DNA from: Klebsormidium nitens
Taxonomy: Eukaryota; Plantae; Klebsormidiophyceae
DNA length: 64,000 nucleotides
Assembly: GCA_000708835.1 (NCBI GenBank)
Contig: DF236962.1
Location: forward strand, 124,001 to 188,000
Reading direction: 5' to 3'
The position numbers and the translations under genes were made by a program. The notes beneath the pieces are model-generated. The model made no database searches, had not been told where the DNA came from, and saw only the letters and a program-made list of their open reading frames with translations. Positions 10,801 through 24,400 of this stretch are shown here, in pieces (the first letter of the stretch is position 1; each line of letters starts with the position of its first letter).

Positions 10801-13800
10801 CCGGCCGCTTTTCGGTGACCTTGCGTCGGGGGCCAAGCTTCACAGCCGTGGGGGTGGGCGCGTCGTGAGTCGCCTCCGGAGGTTGATCTTCAGGAAAAGA
10901 GGGAAAGGTCTGGTTAGCGCTTGCTTGAGTTGGTGGTGCTGATCTAGAGTGAGGTGCGGTGGAAGCAGGGTCATAATTCTGTCGTTCTTATTCCTAGTCG
11001 CCTTCAATATCAGAAGCTGTTGTCAATTGCCCAGAAATCGAAATCAAGTTCCGACGAGCCGCAATCTATTTGAAGACTGGTCGACAAGTCCAACCTCAAG
11101 CGGACGTCTATAAACCTATTCCGTTCAATCAAATTCCACCTACGTTCGACCAGACTTGAATCAGACTCCCACCTTGATCATCTTCTGGTGCACCAAAGTC
11201 TGCAACCATCGCGTTGTCGGCCCCGCCATTCTGCACCTTTGTCGCCGCCCCGCCGCTGCCGTTTTCTAGAGCGCGGCCTCCCAAGGTGCCCTCCCTTACA
11301 GTATTGGTTGATGGGACGGGCTGGGGGGCATACGGGTTCTCTTCGAGCTGCAATGCAAGAGGTGACGAGTTCTTACCAACTACTTACGACACCTTGGAGA
11401 CTCGTAGAATGTTTTCAGCTGTCTGAAGAGGGTGTTTGAGCAGAACTCAACTGTCTTTTCCACTTTTCCACTTTTTCCAGGGATTGGAGGTCGCCATCAA
11501 TAAAGACGAAGTGTTTGCATGTCTGAAAAAGTTACATGTTTCAACACCGCCTTGTTTTTGCTTCCCCATGTCGCAGACTTGCCTAAGATCTTGAAGAGAA
11601 AGATGGATCATGCGATGGTGGTTAGAGGCGACCAAGTTTACTTGGCTTCTTGCAAAAACCGAACTCGTTCAAAGAAAATGTGCTTCAAGAAGACTACAAC
11701 CTACTATAATATGATTGACTCAGGCTGCCTTTTGCGGTCGTCAACGAAGTCTGGACGGGTTTTCCTCAAGCCCCACTTTGCACCGCTTATCTGATAAAAC
11801 CACCTCGGATAGAAACAGCACATGCAGCAGCAGATACGTCGGACTTGCCCGGGCAAAGTTGGCTGTTCTTCACAGCACCTCGGGGGTGTTGAGCTCCAAA
11901 AAAGATGATTCGAGCAGACTTCTGCCAGAACAACGGATGCCAAACACTCACCCGCTTAAGCGTCGTTGTTGTTGGCATGTGCTGTGTAGCCGTATCCAGG
12001 AGCGCCTTTAAGTCGTTCAAGACGTTGTCAACTGGGTGCTTCTCCAGGAGCTTCTCCAGAGCCGCTTCGCGGTGTTTCTTGGCAGTGGACTGCGATACCA
12101 GCAAAGGGAGAATGTCAGCCTCAAGGCACAGGACAAGCTTAGACGTGTTGGAAAAAGGCTAGCCAGAGGGAAACGTTTGGTGCTTGAGATCCAGGGGGGA
12201 TCATGATCCAAGAGATCACGAACCTAGACCGGAAGCAATTGGACGATTTACGACTTGTTTATGTCGATAAAGCTCGTAAAGGATATAAGCACTGGGCAGG
12301 TTACTAGCCATGAAACCGCCATTTTGGCAAAGAAGATGGTGCTGAAATCCGAGAAACAAGGAGCATCAGGATTGTCTTTCAAGCAGTGATTGTCTCCAGT
12401 TGCCCCTAAGTATTTGTCCAAGTGGTTGTGTGCAAGAAGCACAGGTGATCCCCCCAAATGGAGGCTACATCACAACATGGAGCAGAGTCAAAAATGGATG
12501 GCAAGTGTTGATCGCCCTTCACCAGGTGGTTTTGAAAACCCTAGCATCTTGGTTATATTAGGGTTTTGTGTCCCTGACCTGTAGCACTGTCTTCAGGTCG
12601 TCATGGGCAGCTTTTGCAGCTTCCGACTGGTCTTCCTCGTTCCCAAAGAGCTGGGTCACGCAGTTGGCAAAGCCCTTCCAGTTCCTGCGGGATGAGCCTT
12701 CTTCACCCTTCAGGATGCTGATACAAACCTGCAATAATGGGGTTGTACAACGTTCAAGATACAGATTGGAGCTGAACCAGAACGGCATTTCTGCTGCAGC
12801 AATTGGCCTACCAGATGGAGAATGATGGATTGGTTGTCTGCTCATTTGTACCGCTCATCGCTTGCGAATTAGGGTTTTGCCGCTAGGGTTAAACCCTACT
12901 TGCATCGATCCTCCTTTTAACATGCACTTTGGCTGAAATAGATGTCCTTTCTTGGATTGTCGGTATACGATGAGATGTCTAGTTTAGGGTTTAGGAAATG
13001 CGTATACTTTCAACAGACTTAGGGTTTTAGGGTTAGCGCGAGCATTAGGGCAACGTCTACGGTAAAGGAAGAGCAAGTCTTGCAGCATGCTGGTGCAGAC
13101 ATTGGTAAATGTGGACAGACCCAATGCCAAAGTTTATCCTTTTTCTGTATTAGGGCTTTGGGGGGAATAGATGAGCTTCTGAGAAGCAGAACCGGAATGC
13201 ACCAACAAAGCAATGCGCTACGTCCTATTTTTCCAGACTTCATCCTACGATATGTGCATGCAAGTAGGGACTATGACACCTGGGGCAGACAAATATACCA
13301 GAAGATTGATGATTTTTAGAACCATTTGAGAAAGCGCTGAGCTGCCTGAAGTCAATGCAGTACCGAAAACAAAGAACCGGCGCACTTACCTGCAGCTTGA
13401 CTTCTGACGTCAGCGAATCCGTGTTGTCTTCCCCACCCAGCTGGGGGACGGCCAGAAGCTTGACTAGCTGGAGCACAGCCCCAGGCACTCTGCCCCCCTG
13501 CAAAACGTCCCGGAGCAGGTGCAGCGCAAACCGCTGCTTCAACAGGAGGGGCGCAGCGTCCAGAACCTCCGCTGGGATCTGACAGGCTGGAAAGGGGAGA
13601 AAAAGGATGTTTTGCTTCTGTGCCCGTCTTACCAGTTGGTAAACCAGTTTTGCTTCTGTTGTTGGAAAATAGAAGTCCTCTGTGCATGTGAGGAGATGGC
13701 CCGCAAGCCTAGGCTGGTGCATTGTGTTGGGCAACGGAATCTGGTTGCCGGAAGTGGCAGCAGGTGATAAGCTACAGCCGCCTGCTAATGTCTGCCAGAT

Positions 13801-14212
13801 TCTGAGACATGAAGGCGACCGTCAGCATACACTCACATCAAAAGGCTAATAAGTATGGAGCGACAGACTAGATATGGACGTCGGGCTTACAATTGCACGT
13901 TACTATCCAGTTCGTCCAACCTTTTTGAGAAAGAAAAAGTAGGCGGGCAGCAGCCCAAATGTGAATGTCACATGATCTGGTTCACCATCTCTCTGGGACT
14001 GATCTGAGATTGTGGATGAAGTCAGCGCTGCTCCACAAGAGCTCCTTCCACAAAGAGAGACTGGGGGACATCAGGACGATCGGCTTTGATCGCTTGAACG
14101 TAGGGAATTGCCTCAGACCTTGTATCAGCTCCAATGAGGTGTCCCCCTCCGCCAGGAGCTCCTCCAGTACCCATGCTTTTGGGTCCGGGCCCATGCCCGC
14201 CTTCTCCAGCAT
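7861..14212 (-). CDS. TRF-like (telobox Myb) protein with N-terminal helical domain, AT-hooks and an ADD-type PHD finger, ~793 aa
   Basis: 11 phase-consistent exons: 14212-14119, 13586-13390, 12728-12579, 12089-11952, 11347-11173, 10887-10298, 10111-9727, 9258-9132, 8887-8591, 8424-8364, 8028-7861 (2382 nt). AT-hooks KRGPGRPR and KRPRGRPR; zinc finger CCLC-x12-CTGC-ANAT-C-YA-C-x12-CPLC; C-terminal Myb YWSDEEIKRLKDAFAMYV...IPWEAIRAYG...GVDLKDKWRNL with the telobox-type DLKDKWRNL. Confidence 0.85.
12536..13036. repeat. Cluster of telomere-like repeats/teloboxes in introns of the TRF-like gene
   Basis: AAAACCCTAG 12536; TTAGGGTTTT 12558 and 12869; CTAGGGTTAAACCCTA 12883-12898; TTTAGGGTTTAGG 12983-12995; TTAGGGTTTTAGGGTTAG 13019-13036. 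Confidence 0.65.
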
Positions 14213-15465
14213 CGCGGCTCAGCGAGCGCGTCGGCAATTTGTACTCCCACGTTCTCCTTTGGTCGAAGTTCTTGCACTGGCTTTCTCTGATGCCCCGGTT
14301 GAAACCGGTCTTTTGACAGTCTGTCTAAATTTAGAAGATGCAAACAACGAAGTAGGTACTCCTGTAGCGCCGGCCTCTCAACCCCGAAAGCCAATGCCAA
14401 GCAGTTCAAAAGGAACGCAGGTGGAGCGCACCGTGACAACAAACGCCCGCGCCCTCGTCAGGCCCAACGGCCAACCTCTAGCAGCTAGCTACCTACCGTA
14501 TGCTTCAAGTTCAAGTTGAAGTTCAGGACTCGCCAAGTTCAAGTTCCAAGCGAAGCGTTCGTACAAATTACAATTTCAAATAACTTTCAAACCGAGCACA
14601 GTTCGATCATCCATCGACGGTAGAGATGCTCACATATATTAGTGAGCCTTAGCCGTTCATAGATCAGTATCACTTACGGACGGCTGGATTTTGTGTCTAA
14701 CGTCAGCCTGCCACCTGGATGATGCATAAGTGCCAGCATACGGTGAGCCGTCCGATGGACAGTTCCATGATTTGCTCAATCTAAACCGTGATGTCAAAGC
14801 TGCCTCCCCCGGGTCAAACCAATGACAAAACTCCTGCCGAAACAGCAGCCGGCAAACCTTTTCCACCGTTACAACAGATCCAAACCCCCGGGGCTCCAAC
14901 TTGTGCGAGGCTAGGGTTTGAGCGCTCGCGCGCGTCGATCCGAGTCCATGCACGCCTGAACGGTTTCCCTGCACGGGGTGTACTGCACTGTCACAGGAGA
15001 TGATGACAAAATTTGCACAAGCTCCGTTTGGCAGAAGGTGAAAGGACGCGCTGTGGCTCTGACATCTTTGCAAGTTGCAATTGTGCAAACCTGCCAGGAG
15101 CAACTTGGGAAAGGATGCAATCCTGCGCTATCATGGGTGCCCAGGTGGGACGCAGGTGGGCAGAAGGGCAGAAGGTTGCAGGAGGGGTTCTGCATTGAGA
15201 AAAACGCATCTACCTAGGTGAAGGATTTGGGGGTTTTGCAGAGGTTTCAAAGTTTCCATGCTCGCGTTTGGTGACCAGCTGTAGCAGCCAGCTGTTTTTG
15301 AAACCATCAAATCAAGTTAGGGGTTTGTGTAGCATTTCTTAGCATGCTAAAGCCATGCGGTAGTTTGGCACCTCAAAAGGTGCAAGGAGGTGAGGAACAG
15401 ACTGATTACATCATGGGTTGAAGTGGAAGGGAGCGGATGCGCGCATGATTGCACGCGCAAGAGGG

Positions 15466-18400
15466 ATGTCAAGGGCAGGGGACAGTGTCATTTTGGAGGA
15501 GCAGCTGGATGAGAATTACGAGCCTAATCATGAAGGTGAGTTGGTTGGAAGGTCTTCTGTTTCATGAGTTTCCTGGTTTGCATCATTGTGACGTCTTGTA
15601 ACTCTGTCCGTCTTGAAGTTTCATCAAGTTCTGCTTTGCAGCTCTGGTAATATCTGAATACACCCGTTTATTTGTTTGCACTCTCTATTGTTTTTCTGTT
15701 GTTGTCTTTTTTTCGCTCTTTGCGAGATTGCTCCCCTTCTTCAGCAGTTTCTGCCATCAAGAAAGGTGAAGGTGAAGGTGAAGGAATGAAACAACCTACT
15801 TTTGCTCAAAGTCAAGCCCTGAGAAGTTGGAACATCCAGTCTCCAGTCCGAGTTCCAGGAAAGCTTTATTGAAATGGTGCCCTACTGTTTGGTGCGTTTG
15901 GCAAAAGGAGGCATCAACAGAATGTCTGGCGTGGCGTCGCACTAAGAACTTCTTCAAAATTGGCAGCCGCTATACATCACCTCTTCTCCCTTATCCTTTG
16001 TGGGTCATGTCTTCAAATGCAGAGAGGGCAACTGGCTATGGTCTTGGCTTGCAGTTGGTTTGTCGGTTGATCCATATCAACAGCATCCAGCATTCAGCTT
16101 ACTTTGTCAGCTGTAACGCCCATAGCTTTGGTGATTAAGAGAGCGTTCTCGTTGGAAATTGTTTGAGCTTCTCCGGGGGCAAAGCAGACACTTGCCTTGT
16201 CGTCAACAAATTGGGCCCAGTTAAAAGTCCAAGAAGGGAAGGGCAAGGGAAAGTGAGAATACTCTGGTTTTACACCGAAGAATGCTCCTGAATAGGAGCC
16301 CCGGCGTTTTTTAGGGTGGCACGAATTGATGTGCAAAAACCGTTTAGCTGGCACTACTTATGAAGTTGCCACATGTTTAGTGCCTTCAGATTTCTGCAAT
16401 CATATAGCATCTGTTGCTCGGGCATTGATTTTGGAGCGACTTCCGACACCTGGAGTGATAGGGGGCACCTGACACTTCTCAACTGTTTAGTGACTAGCCC
16501 CCCTCTGGGACATTAAGCTAGTTTCAATCACACCACTTTTGACACCTGTGAAACCGGACGACTGTCTTGATCAGTTCTCCAAGGAAGCTAGGAAGATTGC
16601 TATGGGTTCCTCTCACCAAAAGCAGCGCTTAAGCATTTTATGTGATTCGCCCATTCTTATGTCAATTGGTGCAAGCAATCAGGGCAACTAGCAGCAGGGT
16701 TTCTGTCGTCAAGCATGGTGCATCGCTCAATGTCACAATGAACAAGATGGCAAGAGTCATGCCTTCGTCTGGCAGCAAAGATGGTTGTGTGGGTGGCGGG
16801 GGTGACATCAGCGGGTTTGGCTACTTGTGTAGCGCCAGCAAATCTAGCCGCGTTCTGTGGAGCCATTTTGCTTTTTAGGGTTTTCAAAATGTTAAAAGCC
16901 GACTGCCTGATGCCCCACTTCATCTCTGTTGCAAAGCATATTGTGGATGGAGAAGAATGTTGTCCCCTCGAGCGTGTTTTGTGGGCAGACTCTCCAATCA
17001 AGCCATAGACCAATCGCCTTCAAAACAATTTTGCTACGTGAACTTGGCGGGTTGCAATGCACTTCCTCACAGGGTCACAGATATATCTTTTCTTCTTGTT
17101 GCAGGTGCAGTTTATCACCTTGCAGAGTCACGTTTGCATACCTTTCTCTTTTCCTCGCTGACATTTGTGAGCTCTTCAGATGGCTACAGAAGGGACGTAT
17201 CAACAGCTGTAATCTGACTTGCAGAAAAGACGCAACTCACGAGAGTACTTTCGTCTTGTTGCAGAGATCCTGGAATACGCAAAATGGCTGGGGATGGACG
17301 TACAGCGCGAGCCGGATCTTGTGTGGATTGCACGGGAGGGCCTCAAGGCGCCGCTGCCCGAGCACTGGAAGCCCTGGTCCGTGACCACTCTTTCTCGCTC
17401 CGCTTGCCATCATTCTCCTCGCTTCATTGTTGATCACTGTCACATAACATGAAACCCTTCAAAGTCTGATTCGTGACTAAACTATCGTGTGCCAGTGGTG
17501 TAATCAAGAGTCACAAACCCTGCAAGGAAAGGGTTGAGTTGGCAAATATGGCGCTCAAAGACTGGAGAGAGGCTCTTTGTATGAATCGGCAAGATGATCT
17601 CAGGACCTGGTGGAGCAGCTCAGTGCTTGACTCTGATTGCTTGTGGTCCTATGCCACCTGAGGATCTACGCTGTCTCTGTTTGTTGTATGGTTGCATGGC
17701 CATCTAAGTCAGCGTGAAGTTGTCAGCATTGAGGTCTGCACTTGGCCAGACCACTGCCTTACTGCCGCTTCCTGCCTACTCCTCTCCCCAGCAGTGTGAC
17801 AGTCATTCCAGAAAGTAAAGATCCTGACTTGCCAGAGTCTCAGATTCTGGGACTTCTTTTAAACGTCAGCGCGTGCTGTTAACTCTTGCCGCATCCCACA
17901 CAACAACATCAGCCCCCCCAAGTTTTTCAAATTGTGTACCGAGACCTCAAAGCTCACGGCCATACCGTCTCCGTAAGCCTGAAATTTTACAGCTTCCTGA
18001 TCTCCGCTCGTCTGCAGCCGCATGCCCGACAACGACATCTACTACTTCAACTTCCAGACGGGGGAGAGCACGTGGGACCACCCTTGCGATGATTACTACC
18101 GAAAGCTTTATGCGGAGGAAAAGAGGAAGCACGACTGGCACCTGCAGCGCGGCATGGCCCCCACAACTGCACCGGTATGCCGCTTCCTCCTTAGCAGAAC
18201 TTTGAAACCTGGAGTCGAGTTCTAGGCGGCCCTTAGAGGTGCTGAATTCTCTTCTTTCAGAGTTTGTAGATCTCGAGATTAAGGTCATGCATCACTTCTC
18301 ACCAGCAGACCTGATCATGTAGAGGCGTGTGGGGAGAGTCAGCACGAGAAGTCAAGTGGACATTAGCAGGGTTGTGGGCGGAAGAAGAGGAAGAAGAGGA

Positions 18401-21400
18401 CGCACGTATGCAATCCATGTGAAGCAGAAAGGAAGCAGAAGTTTTTTGTGTGGTCGGATCAGCGGGCTATAAAGAGGGGGTTGTCTTGTTTGAGGGCATC
18501 TGTACTTCTCTTCATTGTGCCCGGAGGGGACCCACTTCAGAGCAGCTGAAGCCTTCTTCCTGTCGTCTTGAGTAAGCACCGGTTGGCTCTTAAGGTCATG
18601 ACCATACGTGGTCAGGCTAAAACGCTCAAATCTTAACGCCCAAAGTCCAAAATACCAAGCTTTTGAATGGTATTCGAACATTGGAACCCGGATGTGCAAC
18701 CCTTGCAGCCGCAAGGACGGGGCCAGGGCGGCGAATCGGCCCGGAAACGGCTCCCCGCTCTCCCCCCCGAGTATGCCGGACACATGGAGGGTCCGCCGGC
18801 CCCCCGAGGATTTGATGAGAACCGCTCTCCGGAGATGCGATGGAACGGAGACATGAGGCCGCGCGCGGCGCAGGTGCGCACTTTTGCTACTAAACGCTTT
18901 ACAAGAATTGAAAGCATTTCTTGTATATCTGGCGATCCTGCTTATACTTTCTGTGCCACTTAAGTGAGACTTCTTCGTTTGACGTTTGGGTGTTGGTGCA
19001 AGAGGGATCTTGGTGAAGCTTATCATTGCAGGTTTCAGGATTCGTGCATGCGTCAGGGTGGTGTTTCCTCTGAGACATTTGGACTTCTAGATAGGCGACT
19101 GTGGCAATGTGCCATCGGCAATGGACAAATGCATAGTCTTGTAGCGCTGCTTAATCAGCAAGTAGCGGTTTCATTGGGGCGTTTTGCCTACGAAATAAGG
19201 CTAGCACATATCAAGTCGATGGCGGTCCTGATGTTCCCATGGCAAGACTTCAGACCACAACCCGCCCTTGCCTCTTTGCAACGCCAAATAGGCTTCACTG
19301 TGCTGAACAACGAGGCGGGATCCGGCAAAGCAACCACACGAATTTCGTTTGCAGGACGGAACTCCCCAGTCGTTGCGGCGCATGCCTGGAACCGGCGAAG
19401 GCCCCGGGGGGTCGCACGTGCGGCCCAGAATCATGTCTCCTCCGCTGCCCACGTCCGTGCTGGTTCCCAAGTATGAGCTATACGGGCAGCGGCAGGCGGC
19501 GGAACGGGCGTCGAGCACTCCCCCAACATTTGGCAAAGGTGACCGCCTGAGGGGAGGCAGAATATGATGATGTCAGCAGTCACAGAGAACAACCCGGGTG
19601 ATGGGGAGCTTTCCTCTACCTTTCGGTCATCATTGCAGCATTCGCTTCTTCCCAATGAAGACCCGTACGTTGCTCTGCCGGCCAGTATCTTCCTTCCGAA
19701 TGCTCGCCACCGACCTTTCTTTGGGATGCCGAATCTAGAACCGTATAAGACACATACTTCCCACGTTACACCCTGTAGGCGGGGCTGGAAATCTCTCTCA
19801 CTCCAAAATCTGGACTTGTACTTGCAATCGTGAGCCTACTCACATCCTGAAAAAAGCTCGCGTATGCTTCGTTCGGTACGCCTTCCTCTTGCTGTACACA
19901 ATTGGTACCGTTGTTGCGTTCTCCCTTATCGACTTCTGGGCTCTCTTGCTTGTCTAGGAGACGAAGAGTGGGGCCGCGACGCCCGCCCCCCCCCTGCCCA
20001 TCCCGGGGCTTTTCAGCAGTCGTCCCCCCTGACGCAACGCTCCATCTCCAGCACCCCCCGAGTCTCAAACAGCACCCCCAACTCTCTTAACCGTGGCGGG
20101 GGGAAGCAATGGGTGCAACCTCAGACGCAACCTCAGACCCCCCGTGCTAGCTCATCCATGGGGAACTCCCCGTACCATGGCGCTTCCCCCACCCAGACTT
20201 CTCTCCGCAATGGGGGGGTCGTTGCGGACTGGTCTGACAGTGAAACCAGTGACGAGGAAACGCACCCTGCGAGGGGGGGTTCTTTTGGACAGGTGGGCTC
20301 TTGGAGCCTCACGCTACAGAGCATGTTGTAATGCTGAAAGGCTTCCCAATGCTGTTTCGAAGGATTATGCTCCTCTACGGTGGATGGCTTGGGGTTTGGT
20401 CGGAGTCTGAAATTGTGCACGATCCCAGTGACGTCAACGATCATCAATTTGTGAGTCACCGCTGCAACGAATCAAGTCGAGTCAGAGCGTCCGTTGAGCT
20501 CTTCATCGCCTGGTTTGTTACCACTATTACAGGGAGTCTGAAGCGCTCTGGTTCCGCTTATCCTTCCTCTGTCGAGTGTACATTCTAAGTGTCGGAGTGG
20601 ATCCAACTGGAGGCTGGTCACTCCCATTGCACAGAAGAGCCATCCTGCTCAAGATGTGAGCTACCCGGGCAAACAAACTAAAAATCTCAACCGGCAGAAT
20701 CACCTGCTCAACCGGCAGAATCACCTGCACCGGACCCAAACCCACGTTAACCACCAAACTAACCCTACCCGTATCCCGAACGCCTATCCTAAGTGAAATG
20801 GCTCTTGAGTGTAATGGGAGTTACCAGAGTTCCAACTGGTCGTGACGCGAGAAGCTCTGCTTCCGGCTGCAAAGCACTGCTAATGTCCCCCGGCTTTTCC
20901 ATTTTACAGTCGGAGCAAAAGCGGCAGCCCAGCAAGGCGCCCGCGAGCGCCAACCCCGACGAGCACATCGTGAAGGCGCAGGAAGCCGCGTACCGGCGCG
21001 AGTTTTTGGCGCGGCAGAGGCAGGAGCGAGAGGAGTGGGAAATCGACGTGCGGCAAAAAGAGCGTGTGGCGCGCGAGGAGTGGGAGACCGACATGATGAA
21101 AGACACCGACAAGTGGAAGGTGGGTAGTTAAAGTTCCAGTGTAAGAGCCTCCGACCTCATTATTGCGAATTCACAAGCTACGCTTCTATTCTCAGATGTC
21201 AATGTGGAACGCCGACGACGTCATGCTTATGCTGCGAATACATGGGTTCTCAGCTAGACTGACCAGAAACTTCTTGAATCTGAATATCTGAAACGTTTCC
21301 GGAACTCAGTCCACCGCTTTTCAGGGACGACAATCGACTTTGAAAAGGTTTCGGGTTCTGCTTCGCGCTCCAAGCAGTGAAACGTGCGTGCTTCGCACTT

Positions 21401-24400
21401 TCAAATGAGAAGCACCAGAAAATCACCAGATATTTTGATCCGAAACACTCGCCTAGTGTTAAGCTGTGATCCATCGTGCTGGATTTGAGCTTGAAGCATG
21501 GGGAAGCAGTTCGAAGTTGCATAAGGTAAACACACACTCTTGAAAGGTCGAAGAAATGCACACTCAGATGCTGCGAGCTTTGTGCTGTTGCAGATGAGGC
21601 GGCGAGACGAGATTTTTCAGGAACGGCATTTGCTCGAGGAAGAGTATAACGAGCAGATTGCACGTTTGAAGGTGCGTTGTTGACATGCCACTGCGTAATC
21701 TACTTTTCCTTTCATTTCAGCATTCTATCCAATTCTTTTGACGGTTGGAGTCCCTTCGATCGAAAAAAAACATGATGGCAAAGTTTTGGCTTTACGACAT
21801 TCGCTTATAGTAGGAGCCGGCAGTACGAGGCAGGCTACTAAGGAAAGGATACTCGGAAGCATCCGATTCAGGATGTGGACCCCAAAATCAGCCTGGGGCC
21901 AAATTTATTAAGTCCTTCTGCACCTTGGGAAGCGGACAGAAGGAGAGCCAGACCTCAGAACCGTTGCTCTTCTTGTTTTGCGGTCCTTCCCGCTGCTTCA
22001 GGGTTGCCCTATTTCAGCTCGCAATGCTTCAGTCACAAACGAAGGTCTGAGCGAAGTGCTCATACCGAAGTGAGGCGGTTGTTTTCAGAGGTCAGGATAC
22101 GATAGCTTCATGTTCTTGGATGACAATCCTGTTCCGACCGTGCAGGATAAGGAAGACTCCACGCTCAACCAGATGGCGGCAGCCAGTCACGGCCGCATGG
22201 CGGTCATTGAGGAGCGCCACCTGGCGGGCCTCGATGCGCTGAAAAAGGTGGGCAGGCTACGTGTCAGCTTTTTGTGCCTCACCGCCATTAAGCGTTAGGT
22301 AGAGCGTTCGGATCTGTGTCTAGGCAGTTCGAGGTCATTTCCGATTGAATCTGCGAGTTCGTAATGTTCCTAGGAAAGTCAGCTCACTTTGATCGAACTG
22401 CTTCTTTCTCCCCAAGGACCTACTGCTTACTCCTCAAAAGTTTCCAGGAGGCGACATGGCTGCACAGGGCGTCTGTTGGTTTTCAAACGTGAGACCCTTC
22501 CTTTGGATGACCAAGAGCGCTGTTCGCTTGCTCGACTATCCAAAGTATTCAAATCGGATTCGGGCCGCTAGCCAGAGCTCTGTATTATTTGTACGAGAGC
22601 CTATCTTCGAGTGAGCGCAAACAGAGGGGAACCCTTAAGTGGAGATAAATCTAGCATTTCAGACCTCCCCGCTATAGCTCAGGAACCTCGAAGAGCAGAA
22701 ATCGGCGAGCAATTATCCAACGGCAATTTGAGGAAGGAGTCCGGCCAGGATACCGGTTCTCGACATCCCATACCCAATTACCTAAAAATTTCTGGCCTTG
22801 CAGGAACGGGAAGAGCTGTTGCAGAGAGCCGTCAATGAGAACCGGCAGCTGCGCGAGGCTTCTCATGGGGGCAAGGTACGTACGTTCCTTTCTTGCCAAA
22901 TTTCTCTAGAACGGTTTTGACAGATGCTATGAAGCCGCGACTGACCGATGAAACTTAGCTTTTCCATTACCGGTGTTTGCCGCTCAAACGACATGGCGAC
23001 GACCAAGGAAGTGTCGTCAAGGGGCAAACCAACGCTGAAGCCCATTTTCCTGTATATCTCATAAGTCAAGGATACACTTCTGGCTCGGAAAGTATAGCGA
23101 AGGTCAAGGCGCAGCTGTGGAACACACAGTCGGCGTTGAGAGGCCATCGGCAGCGAAATCCCTCGACAAACGCATAAATTTGGGCCTTATCCAAGACCCG
23201 AGAAGCGGTTGTCGAACCTTCGTGCAGTTTGCTGCCCAGAAATGTTTGAGTGACATCAAGCTAACGTGAAATGCAGAGGCAGCGTGGCAGGACCCTTAAT
23301 ATCCTAGTCGTCTCTAGTCCGAGATGCAGTATCGTTAGCTCCTCAGTTCTCGCTTCTAGTTGCTGCCTGGGAGCGTAGCGGCGGCAGAGGTGCTGATGCG
23401 GGAACACTAACCCGATCCTGGTGTTGAAAGCCATGTTGACACGCCAGATTTCTCTACTTTTACAGTCGCTGTCTGGGAGGGTGGCGGAAGCGGAGGCGCT
23501 GATGCGGGACGCTTCAAAAATCGAGCGTTAGTATTTTCAAATCCAACCCCCTTAACCGTCTCTATCTTTGAAACGTCTCGTCTTGCAGTCGCTGCCCGGG
23601 AGCGTGGCGGAAGCGGAGGCGCTGATGCACGGCGCGGAGGCGGCAAGACCACAAACAGTCGGCAATTAAACCCTAGTGTTTCGGGTCTCAAAACCCCATT
23701 ACTCTTATCTGCAAATCTCCTCTCTTGCAGTCGCTGCCGGGGAGCGTAGCTGAGGCTAAGGCGCTGATGCGGGACGCGGAGATACAAATGCTTAAAAGTT
23801 TGAGCGCTGATGTTTCAGAATCCAACCCCCTTAACCCTCTCTGATTTCAAAACCTCTCGTCTTACAGTCGCTGCCCGGGAGCGTGGCTGAGGCTGAGGCG
23901 CTGATCCGGGACGCGGAGGCGGCGGCCGAGGAGCGCAAGGCGGTGCTGCTGGAGGAGGCGCAGCAAGCGGTGGATGAGGCCAAGCAGAGGATGTTGCAGC
24001 AAGCGCGGGCGGAGGTGGAGGGAGAGAAGCAGAGGATGATGCAACGGGTGAGGTTTTTGTCGTGGGGTTCTCAAGAAATGCTTTTGGGGAGGAGTGTCTT
24101 TGGAGCCGGAAGAGGACGGGGAGACGCAGAGGCTGATGCAATTGGTGAGGCGTTTGGAAGGGGAGGGGGTCGAGGAGTTCTCTTGAGTCTTGTGGGGGGG
24201 GAGGATGAGGACGGAACATCACATTTCAGAGTCTTACCCAAAGCCTGCCAAACCGCCATTCATCACATTTGCGGTCGGCAAACCAGACGGTTGCAGCATC
24301 AGGCAGAGACGGAGCCTATGCTGTCAAACCGGCGACAGTGACACGACAACCACCAGTCCAACTTCCAGAATCAGTTTCGAAACCTTGCACTGTACACGTG

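Noticed and set aside
14213-15444. Head-to-head arrangement of the TRF-like gene and CEP164 as a bidirectional promoter
   Set aside because: A 1.2 kb divergent gap is ordinary in compact algal genomes, and no specific element can be supported from sequence alone.
16657-17013. Cys/His-containing antisense ORF nested in CEP164 intron 1
   Set aside because: No recognisable domain, no clear splice or start context, and no exon-like composition.
23345-23915. Regularly spaced repeats considered as a CRISPR array
   Set aside because: Eukaryotic context, degenerate repeats identical to a splice junction and exon start, spacers related to each other, and no cas genes.
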